Of a DNA stretch of 64,000 bases, positions 48,361 to 58,079 are shown piece by piece. The position numbers and the translations under genes were made by a program. Position 1 is the first letter of the stretch. The number at the start of each line of letters is the position of its first letter. The notes beneath the pieces are model-generated. The model had not been told where the DNA came from. It saw only the letters and a list, made by a program, of their open reading frames with translations, and searched no databases. The stretch lies in assembly GCF_001194135.2 (NCBI RefSeq), contig NC_068989.1, positions 130,576 through 194,575 of the forward strand. Reading direction: 5' to 3'. The stretch comes from Octopus bimaculoides. Taxonomy: Eukaryota.

Positions 48361-48518
48361 CAGGCTTGGTTTTGTGGCAAGAAGCTTGCTTCCCAACCTC
48401 ATAGTTCCAGGTTCAGTCCCACCGAGTGGCACCTTAGCCGAGTATCTTCTACTATAGCCTTGAGCCAATCAAAGCCTTATGAGCAGATTTGGTAAACAGA
48501 AACTGAAATAAGCCTGTC
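48361..48518 (+). mobile_element. tRNA-derived SINE (family A)
   Basis: gtggcaagaagcttgcttcccaacc...ggttcagtcccaccgagtggcacc...aaagccttatgagcagatttgg. Confidence 0.75.
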
Positions 48519-48519
48519 A

Positions 48520-48556
<37 letters not shown>

Positions 48557-48582
48557 GTATTGATTATTTCTACAAATTTAGA

Positions 48583-48668
48583 TGTACATTATTTACATTT
48601 GACGGATATTTGTCCTCATCTTGTTTGTTGTTAACACAACGTTTCACCTGATATACCCTGCAGGCCTT
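48583..48668 (-). mobile_element. 3' fragment of the hammerhead-bearing SINE-like family
   Basis: tgtacattatttacatttgacggatatttgtcctcatcttgtttgttgttaacacaacgtttc is nearly identical to 50885-50945. Confidence 0.85.
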
Positions 48669-49356
48669 TTAAGTAACAATCACTTTACTAGTATATTGGA
48701 AGATGTGTTAGAAGTATAATGTAGAAGTGTATAGAAAATTAATTCTTTTCAAAGACTGATGAAAACGGTTTTGAAGTTACAATTTTTTTATTTTTACTGC
48801 TCATGACTCTATTTTAGAATCATGTATTGTCAGCTATTAAAATAAAATTAATTTAATAAGTGTTTAACTGTTTAAATCTAGTAATGCTAACAGCAGCCTC
48901 CTGTTTATTTTACAATGAAATTCTTTGAAATTAAGAAGTCCTGAAATGTCTTTTTGTAAGTGCTCTGTTCTTCAATATAATACCATTTTCACTTACAATT
49001 GTAATATTTAATGGATATTTTATGCAACTATGAGATGTAGGTTTGAAGAAGTTGTTTCATTATGATCATCAATATTGATTGTTACTATTGATCTTCTTCC
49101 ATTCAACAGTTCTGGACTGCTTTGAAAAAATTAGATTATAGTGTAAGTTATAAGTATTGTGAGCATTTTTGTATTTTAATGGTGTAACAAGACATTGCTT
49201 TCACAGTTTCGTAGAAAGATGTTCACATTAATGGCTGCATGCTGTGTCTTCATTACTTATTTCAAATTATAATCTCAGACTTAAATGTTGGTTAAGTTTA
49301 CCTCTCTGTCTTCATTGATTTCTTTAAGATATGATTTATCATCTCTTGACATCTAG

Positions 49357-49494
49357 GAAGGAAGTAAATTGGTACAGGCTAATCATTATGCTAAAGACGA
49401 AATTGAAATTAGCTTAAAGGAATTGGAATGTTGCTGGAAAGAGCTGTTTTCAACAAGCAATAGAAAATATCAGTATCTAAAGGAAGCTTTTGAA
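49357..49494 (+). CDS. SPTBN5: betaH-spectrin exon 40
   Basis: tctag|...|gtaagt; EGSKLVQANHYAK...CWKEL...KEAFE; 138 nt, phase 0->0. Confidence 0.94.
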
Positions 49495-49539
49495 GTAAGT
49501 ACACAATAATAAATAATAATAATTCTTTTTAATTTTTGT

Positions 49540-49710
49540 TACAAAGTCAGCAATTTTGAGGGGATAAAATAAGTACAAGTGCTCAACTGATACACTTATG
49601 TTATCAATTCTGAAAGGATGAAAGTAAAGTTGACCCCAGAGGTATTTGAAACTCTGAAAATAAGGCTGGAAGAAAAGTCACTAACCATTTTGTTCAGCTC
49701 CCTAATGCCT
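49540..49710 (-). mobile_element. tRNA-derived SINE (family B)
   Basis: tgaaaggatgaaagtaaagttgaccccagaggtatttgaaactc. Confidence 0.55.
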
Positions 49711-50226
49711 CCTAAATAACAATAATAAAAATAAATTTTAATTCTTAAAATTACAAAGTATAATTTTTATTCTTAATTTTTAATCTTTAATACTTAATTG
49801 TATTGCTTATTTTTAAAGGGATGTAAAATTGGATATATAATATTTTGAAATTGAACCTGAAGATGTGTTGGAATAATTGTAAATCTGACAATTGCATATA
49901 TGTATTTATATATGTATATGTATGTATATATATATAGGTACACAGTTGTGTATATGTATATATATTGTAATCTTCCAATACTGAAACACATGTAGTTCCT
50001 TCGTATTTAATAAATATAAATATTAACTAAAGTATGATATAATTAATGAAGTATATTATATACCCAGCTGGTAATTTTGGTTATATCCTTTTAGTATTAT
50101 TTAGTGATGTGCAAACTGGTCAATTTTCTGTTGTTGTTTCGATATTTAAATTTTTTGTTGTTTCAAGTTTGAATTTGTTTGTTTCTCGATATCCTAATTT
50201 CATGTTTATCTTACTCTGTTTAACAG

Positions 50227-50352
50227 GCTCTAACAATAAATCGTGACTTGGATGATCTCAATCAGTGGCTGGATGAAACGGAGAGTCAACTGACCTCTGA
50301 AGACCATGGCAAAGATTTAGTCACTGTCACCATGCTTATTAAAAAAAATCAG
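50227..50352 (+). CDS. SPTBN5: betaH-spectrin exon 41
   Basis: aacag|...|gtattg; ALTINRDLDDLNQWLDETE...HGKDLVTVTMLIKKNQ; 126 nt, phase 0->0. Confidence 0.95.
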
Positions 50353-50932
50353 GTATTGATTGTCATCATCAGTTTTATCTCTGTTATAGAATGTTCATAT
50401 TATTATATGTAATAAAACTATTTATGTTCATAGAGGGCTTAAGGCACAGGTTTTTTTCTAGTTATTTCAGTTTATGAATTGCGAATAGCTTGAGGTGAAC
50501 TTAGTAATTTATTGCAGCTAGACAAAAAATTTTTTAACATGACGAATGTAAACTTCATTGATGAAGAAATATTTCTTCAAGACAATTGGTTAGTTTTGTA
50601 AAAGTTTTAATGAATTGATCACATGTTAGTAATTGTTATCTGGATTGCTAATGCATAAACAATAATTAATTAATTAATTAAATATGTAGTCAAATCATGT
50701 AATTACTTTCATTTCTCATACTTGTGAAATGCACTTTAGAACAGATTTAAAAATTGATTTTCTTTTTTATTGAATGCAAATCTATTTCCTACCCATCACA
50801 TTTGTCTTCTTTTTGTACAATCCACTGAAATCCTCTACCGTATGTTCTGGTGTTATCCCAGAATATTGAGAGATAAAGGATTGATACATTATTTACATTT
50901 GACTGATATTTGTCCTCATTTTGTTTGTTGTT

Positions 50933-50978
50933 AACACAACGTTTCGGCTGATATATCCTCCAGCCTTCTTCAGGTGTC
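50933..50978 (-). ncRNA. Minimal type I hammerhead ribozyme motif (intact)
   Basis: Minus strand GACAC-CUGAAGA-A-GGCUG-GAGGAUAUAU-CAGCC-GAA-AC-GU-U^GUGUU: stem I GACAC/GUGUU, stem II GGCUG/CAGCC, palindromic stem III ACGU. Confidence 0.72.
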
Positions 50979-51255
50979 TTGGGGAAATTTCAAACCTGGA
51001 TTCTCATTCCTAAGGTATTTTTCAATGTTATTATTATTGTTATTATTATTATTAGTGTTCAGGTCACTGCTTGGAATCAAACTCGGAATCTTGGGGTTAG
51101 TAGCTCGCGCTCTTAACCCCTACGCCATATGCCCATGGGCTACTAACCCCAAGATTCCAAATTCGATTCCAAGCAGTGACCTGAACACTAATAATAATAA
51201 TAATAATATCAAAAAATACCTTAGGAATGAGAACCCAGGTTTGAAATTTCTCCAA

Positions 51256-51298
51256 GACACCTGATGAAGGCTGGAGGGTATATCAGCCGAAATGTGTT
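51256..51298 (+). ncRNA. Hammerhead motif with stem III deletion (probably inactive)
   Basis: GACAC-CUGAUGA-A-GGCUG...CAGCC-GAAA-[CGU missing]-UGUGUU. Confidence 0.55.
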
Positions 51299-51799
51299 AA
51301 CAACAAACAAGATGAGGACAAATGTAAATAATGTACAGAATTCCTCATCTCTTAAATATAGAACTGTAAAGGATTGATATTTAGGATAGTCAGAAACTAC
51401 TTACGCTTTTTTTTTTTTCTTTTCTCTTTTTTTTTTATTACTATCTTGAAACCATTTATTATTATCTGTTCTCAACTAACTTGTTATAAAGACTACTCGG
51501 TGATAGAGCTGGTCCAAATGCTTGACAGGACTGTGCTGGGTAACTCACTGTTTTAAGATTTATTCATTTCAGGATCATATTAGCCTGATATGTTTAGTAG
51601 TTAATAATACTAATAAAATACTAAATTAATTATATCACTTCTTTTGCAATATTTATCTTGTGGACAATTAACTATTTTAATTATTAAGGTAATAGAAATT
51701 TAAAAGGAACATTTATTGTAATTAGCATTTCTATTTCTATTAAGATTTTGATAATCATCATAATAGGTATATATTCACTTCTTGCCAATTGTATTTCAG

Positions 51800-51930
51800 C
51801 GTCTGAAGCAAGATTTTGAGAACTATAGGAAGAAAACGAACAACCTTTATGAGTCCACAAAATCTTTGAAAGAGGAAAATCATTTCATGGGCAAAGAGTT
51901 ATTGAAAAGAACACAAGAAACTATTGATAG
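51800..51930 (+). CDS. SPTBN5: betaH-spectrin exon 42
   Basis: ttcag|...|gtaaaa; RLKQDFENYRK...NHFMGKEL...TQETID(R); 131 nt, phase 0->2. Confidence 0.94.
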
Positions 51931-51951
51931 GTAAAATATAGCTGCTATTTT

Positions 51952-51987
<36 letters not shown>
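51952..51987. repeat. (GTA)n microsatellite
   Basis: Direct reading. Confidence 0.95.
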
Positions 51988-52064
51988 AACATGTCGTCTA
52001 TACTTGTAATTGTGTTCATTCCTCAATATTTGCTGTAAATTCATGTTTATATTTTGCTAGCATA

Positions 52065-52934
52065 CAAGGTGGTATCAAAAGGTTTCTGGACTAGTTTAAG
52101 TTTAATAAAAAATAACTTATTTACCTCAGTTTTAAACTCATCTCCTTTGAAACAATCACCTTGCACAGCAATACACTGGTCCCAGAGTTCCTGCCACTTT
52201 TGGAATCTGGCCTGGAGCTTGTTCTCCTTAAGCAAGTCGAGGACCTTATATGATTTGCTCTGGATCTCAACAGCGATGTTAAAATGGTGACCTTTGAGCT
52301 GCATTTTCATCTTGGGGAAGAGATGGAAGTCTGCAGGGGCTAAATCTGGCCAATAAGTTGGGAATGGAAATGATACCATGTTTTGGGTGAGAGACTGGAG
52401 TGAGGAGAGCTTGGTGAAGAATCCAGTTCTTCATGCTCCACAGCGCCAGTCATATTTGCTGAATGTCCTCCCTCAAATGCTTCAAAACAACACAGTAGAA
52501 CTCTCAATTGATGGTTTGCACCTGGCAGGTGAATTCTTGATGCAAAATACATTTCCAGGTGTGATGCTTACAACAGGTCTTCCAGATCACTCATCATCTT
52601 CCAGGGACGTTTTTCTATTTTTGAAGCACTCATGCCACTCAAAACTTTGTGTTTGACCCTCTGCCTTATTGCCATAGCATGCTCAATGTCTCTGTAGCTC
52701 ACTTCCCAAGTTTAATACAAAATTTCACATTGGCTTTTTTGTTCCTGTCCATGACAAAATCGATGACAACAGCCTACATGTGATCAAAAAACACAGATTT
52801 TGCAACATGTAAAGTAAACCCAAGAATGTCACTTGGCACACTGCTTCATAAAGGACGCTGCTAGCTCTCACTTTGCACGTAACTATATACTGCCATCTGC
52901 TGGTGTGCTACAAAGCTATTCCGGGACCACCTCA
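52065..52934 (-). mobile_element. Internally deleted mariner element
   Basis: Minus ORF TYWPDLAPADFHLFPKMK; ends caaggtggt / accacctca, each flanked by TA. Confidence 0.85.
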
Positions 52935-53251
52935 TATAAGTGTCACATCTATGGAATTAGTTCTTCCTGAGTATTTTCAGATATTTCAGTTTATCCAATC
53001 TTCTGTTGTATTCCTTCTGGATTTGAAATCATCGTTATTTAATGTTTGTTGCCCATGCTGGCATGGGTTGGACTAATGTTTACAGCACCTAGGTTTCCCA
53101 ACCACACTCCCATTTAAGTACTAAGCTCAACATTGCTTAACATCAGTGATTGGAAAAGAACTGGTGCTTTCACTGTGATATGGTCATAAACTATAAAAGG
53201 TTAAAATATTTGATCTTTTCTAATTTCTATTTTTTTTTTCCTTCCTTTCAG

Positions 53252-53438
53252 GTTTGAATCATTATCAGAACCATTCAATATTAGAGAAGAAAACTTAAAT
53301 GATTCTCTTCAATTATACCGTTTCTATCGGGATCTAGAAGATGAACTGACTTGGATTAATGAGAAACAGCCAATTGTGGAATCAAAAGATTTTGGTAAAT
53401 CTCTCCCTGAAGTGCAGAACCTTTTGAAGAAATTCCAG
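53252..53438 (+). CDS. SPTBN5: betaH-spectrin exon 43
   Basis: ttcag|...|gtatgg; FESLSEP...RFYRDLEDELTWINEK...LLKKFQ; 187 nt, phase 2->0. Confidence 0.95.
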
Positions 53439-54417
53439 GTATGGATTATTCTGTGTTAGAATAATCTAATATCTTGATAAGGCTCTGAATAATTTTTGTT
53501 TGGGATTTTATCTAATAGATGAGAACATGAAATTAGAGAGATACAAACAAGGAAATAAGGAATCAACTAAATTTGTGTATAATTGTTGAATCCTAAGTCA
53601 GCTCTGATTTAGTAAATCTTTAATCAAAGACGTTTCAGTTATGACCATCCAATCTTTTTCCTAAGCATAACATGTATGAGCCACCATTATCTAATGTGTT
53701 CTTGTTTTTACAACATTAAAGTATGACTTGAGGAGATTTGGGTGTTATTTCTAGCATATCAAGTGACCATATAGGTATGCCTCATCATTAAGTTTGTATA
53801 TGATTTTCAAGTGTGGACTAATTAGACCTGTATTTTGAAGAAGCACTTAATTGGCAGATTTTAAAAGCTAAATGTTAATAAAAGCTGGGAAATACTTAAA
53901 TAGTCTGGTTTTGATAGTTTAATTTGGACCCATCCAAGATTTAAAATTTTTCATTTACTTAGCACTAGAGAAACTGGAACCCAGGGTTAAATAATATGTA
54001 TGCTGGAGAGTCATGAAAGAATTAAGTAAATAACTTTCAAGACTTACTAGAGACCATAGTCAGAACTTTGTTTTCTGTAAAGTTAGGTGGCTGTGAGAGA
54101 GATCTTCACACAATTGGTAGGTTAATGCAGCTGAGGTAATTATACTCAGTAAGCTTCCTGCTTGTTCTTTAGCTTGGTAAATTGAGACAAATAAAACTGG
54201 GTGTCTCACTGAGATGAAATGAAGAACTTGCTGCAGATAATATTTTGTAATTCATGAGCTGGGAATTAAACCTCATTTACTAAGCTTCTGTCTGGAAATT
54301 TAGATTCTGTTTTAAGATTGTATTTAGTAAAACAAAGTGTATCTTGTTATATCTTTATTGGATGCTGAAATGAAAATTCTTTGAAGTTAAAACACTAATA
54401 AACCCTGTATTTTGTAG

Positions 54418-54618
54418 GCTGTTGAGTTTGAAATTATTGGCCATGAACCTTCCATTGAAGCTGTTGCAACAACTGCTCGCAATATGTTGAAAAGTAACCA
54501 TTTTGAAGCAGCTGATATTCAAGCTCGGATTGATAATCTTCACATCAAACTTCAGCGACTTAAAGAATGCGCTTCTGTACGAAAAATAAAACTTCAGAAT
54601 TCTTTGGAAGCACAGAAA
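54418..54618 (+). CDS. SPTBN5: betaH-spectrin exon 44
   Basis: tgtag|...|gtaggt; AVEFEIIGHEPSIE...SVRKIKLQNSLEAQK; 201 nt, phase 0->0. Confidence 0.95.
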
Positions 54619-55579
54619 GTAGGTTTTTTTTTTGTTTTTTGTTACTTTTAATATTAACCTTTGAAGAACGGTTCAAATTTTGCTCCCAAGAAACCTAGTA
54701 TTTGCTTAAAGTTGGGTATGTTTGGTCGTATGAAAACCTCCATGTCATACACAAGTCTTGTTTTCATCTCATTACTTTTTTTAATGATAACATTGATACT
54801 GTTTATTACTGTTATATATATGAGTCAGTGTGTTGGCGTATGAGGGATGTGAGTACTTTCATGTCAATCACCCATGTTGCTTGTCTTGAGGCACTCCAGA
54901 GTGTGAGTGTGTGTGTGTGTGTGTAGTAGTAGTAGTAGAAATATCTTCCTAGATGTAGGGACAGCACTTTATTGTGAAGAGAAAGCCAGTGTTTGAATTG
55001 AATCCTTTGCTATGTTGAGTATGTGTGTTTCTTAGATTTTTACCATTAATATGGATCTCTTCTAACATTTGTGGCAACCTTGAAGGTTCTAATTGTGTGC
55101 TTGGATGGGTTCAGTACGATAATGTTTTTTTTTTTTGTTTTTGTCATCTGTAGACTGTTTAAAGAAATTTTCACAGCTCTATTGAAGAATGTTTTTGAGA
55201 TCTCTGTTCATGGAGTTAGTGTAGATTTGATATGAATTATCTAGATTGCATGTGACAATGATTGTGTAGGGAAGATTAATGAAAGGTGATATCATGTGTG
55301 TAGGGGCTGGTTTTATTGAAGTAGATCGTTGAGAGTGTAGGGAGACAAACCACAGCCTAATGACTGAAACAAGTAAAAGAAAAGATTTATCAGTTTTCTC
55401 TACAAGGTATTGGTCAGGCCAAGACTTTAGTAGAACACTAGAACACTATGTTAGATGCTAAGCCATAAGACTGAATCTGAGACCACCTGATTCTGCAGCA
55501 AATTTAACTGCACAGGACAGTAATTTTTGTTAAGGTAATTTAAACTGAATTTATCATTCTCTTGTGTTCTGTAATACAG

Positions 55580-55675
55580 TTTTATGCTGAAGTGGATGAA
55601 GCTGAAGCCTGGATGAAAGAGAAATTACCACTTTTGACAACTTCTGATCTTGGTGTTGATGAAGATTCTGTACAG
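55580..55675 (+). CDS. SPTBN5: betaH-spectrin exon 45
   Basis: tacag|...|gtatct; FYAEVDEAEAWMKEKLPLLTTSDLGVDEDSVQ; 96 nt, phase 0->0. Confidence 0.95.
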
Positions 55676-55949
55676 GTATCTATGCTTATGTGTCATTTAA
55701 TTTATCACAAATGTTGCTTTTAATTAATCACTGGAAAAACTGAACTAATTTATCTGAAATTATAGTAACTTATGACAGTGTGAGTCTGTTATTGAATGCG
55801 TGTGTGTTTAGATAGGTCTCCAGCCTATCCAGAAAAGAGGTAATAACTCCAGCTAAGAACTGACTTAGACTGTGATGACTTACCCAAACCATATCAGCAT
55901 GGAAATCACCAAGTGATTTTAATTGTAATTTTTAATTGTTATATTTTAG

Positions 55950-56084
55950 ATCCTGATGAAGAAATTAGATGCTCTTGAGAGAGATATTGAAAATTTCAGT
56001 AATAACATTGGTGAATTAGCTGCTGTTCGACACAGTCTTGTAGACAGAGGACATTATGATGCAGAAAACATTCAGAGGTACCAG
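55950..56084 (+). CDS. SPTBN5: betaH-spectrin exon 46
   Basis: tttag|...|gtaaga; ILMKKLDALERDIENF...GHYDAENIQRYQ; 135 nt, phase 0->0. Confidence 0.95.
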
Positions 56085-56345
56085 GTAAGAAAGTGTTGTA
56101 TTCTTCATATTATCAATGATTTTTTTTCTATTAAGCAAGCTAGAATAATACAAAAAAGAAAGATCTGACATTCAATGAATGTGCAAGTTATGTGATGCCA
56201 TTGTAAATATTAAGGGTTCTGATTGAGCAAACGTATTCTAACAGTGACTGTCTTATTCTGTTATTTCAGGTTTCATATATTTAATATGCGATAGATATCA
56301 TACATTTAATACTACATCATCAATGTAGCCAAGATGTCATTTTTA

Positions 56346-56378
56346 TAACCCTAACCCTAACCTTAACCCTAACCCTAA
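56346..56378. repeat. Short interstitial (TTAGGG)n-like tract
   Basis: taaccctaaccctaaccttaaccctaaccctaa. Confidence 0.8.
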
Positions 56379-56545
56379 CATCAACTCTGAATTCCAATCC
56401 CATCTCAAAATATTTCAGGAGCAAAATGTCTTAATTGCTTAAGGAATGAAACCTTGTCTTAGAATTGGACAAATTATGCTTTGTTAAAATAGTTTAGAAA
56501 TATCTATTATATTGAAGAAAAATGTTTTTTTTTTTATCTTTCAAG

Positions 56546-56728
56546 GAAAAAATAGAAACCATGTATAGCAACCTGCAGGATTTGTTGACTCAAAGACGTA
56601 TCAAACTAACAGAAGGCAAGCAATTTTTTGAATTTCTTAAAGATGTTGAAGAAGCTTCCAGCCGAATCCGTGAAAAGGCTGCCATTGCCACCAGTGAAGA
56701 TTGTGGTCAAGATTTGGAACATGTTGAA
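56546..56728 (+). CDS. SPTBN5: betaH-spectrin exon 47
   Basis: tcaag|...|gtgaga; EKIETMYSNL...ATSEDCGQDLEHVE; 183 nt, phase 0->0. Confidence 0.93.
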
Positions 56729-57979
56729 GTGAGAATGCTTTTTTTTTTTTTTTTTCTACACCTAAATTTATACATCAAAATTAAAAATTCTGATAGTGTT
56801 TTGTATATTTAACAACTTCATTGTAAGGATTGCATAATTGGTTGCTTGCTATCCAATGTTGAAACAAATTGTGTATTTCTGTGGCCCTTAACTCTACCTT
56901 GAGAAATTACATCAAAGGAAAGCCTCTATGAAGACATAAAGAAATAATGACAGGGAAGTGGCATATATTAATGATTCATCTCGTTTCACTGATATTAGAT
57001 TCAAACAGAATAACAAATATTGCTTCTACCACTAGAGACACTGATAGCATCAAAACCTGCAGGAATCAATCGGCTGATAAAAAGAATGGCATATTCTGTA
57101 TATAGATTATTGATTATTGTTCTTAATCAAACTTTTCATAATTATTATTACACTTATTGTTGTATATCAGTATCCACTGTTTAAATTTCATTTGTAGTAG
57201 GTAAAAAATGCATACCAGTCATATTCTTCTCTAAAGCATTTGATCTTAAGAATATCAGATTAGTGAGGAAATTCATTTTTAATGCAGTTATGTCTCAATT
57301 CTTCTATTAATGACTCTATTGATCTATGATATTGTCTTGCTCTTACAGCAGTTCCTGTCACAACTTACTGTCTCAAATATATGGATTATACCTGCTAAAA
57401 ATGATATTTTACCTTGTCCTTATACTGATCTAATTTATACTTGTCTGTACTTGGTGCTGAATAAGTGGCTTTTATCATGGTTTCAATGAAATTCCTTGGA
57501 TGTAATTACTTTAGACTATGATTTGGATTTCTTGAAGAATAAAGAGGTTCCCAATTCACCCAGCATATTCACAATAAAAAAGACTCTAATTTTGCTTCAT
57601 CACCACAGCTTTCTAAGTGTGAAAAAATGGATCATCTACCAGAGTTTGTATTCTCTGGCCAATTGCCATTTTACTAATCTCTCTATATAAAATTCTTTGT
57701 CTCTGTCTGTTCCCAATGCATTCTCAAATGGCTCAACCAAATCAAATCAAATTTTACATGGGAACAGTATCAGACTCTGTGAGTGTCAGCATATATATTT
57801 TTTTTTCATTTGGATTAAAACAATACAACATTGGCACTGGTTCAGTATTACATGTCAAAAGTGAAAGAATAACATCTATATTGTAATGTGATATATTGTT
57901 TCACTTTTTCACTTTTAATTCCAATTGTATCCTATACAAGACAATGACCTCAAACTAAGTCATTTTATGTCAACCATAC

Positions 57980-58079
57980 NNNNNNNNNNNNNNNNNNNNN
58001 NNNNNNNNNNNNNNNNNNNNNNNNNNNNNNNNNNNNNNNNNNNNNNNNNNNNNNNNNNNNNNNNNNNNNNNNNNNNNNN
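57980..58079. other. Assembly gap (100 N, probably unsized)
   Basis: N run located where spectrin exons are missing. Confidence 1.

Larger units (their letters stand above)
50887..51366. mobile_element. Palindromic tRNA-headed, hammerhead-bearing element with 13-bp TSD
   Basis: Inverted arms of about 200-250 nt centred on gcccatgggc (51131-40); flanking direct repeat taaaggattgata (50874-86 and 51367-79); tRNA-like A/B boxes; hammerhead motif in each arm. Confidence 0.85.

Noticed and set aside
51061-51136. tRNA gene on the minus strand
   Set aside because: A- and B-boxes are present, but there is no complete acceptor stem and it continues into a repeat body; it is a SINE-type head.
56346-56378. 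Telomere or chromosome fusion site
   Set aside because: Only about 5 imperfect units in one orientation inside a short intron.
57330-57700. Missing spectrin exons (open frames at 57340-57490 and ORF 57496-57690)
   Set aside because: The translations have no spectrin-repeat motifs or heptad pattern on either strand.
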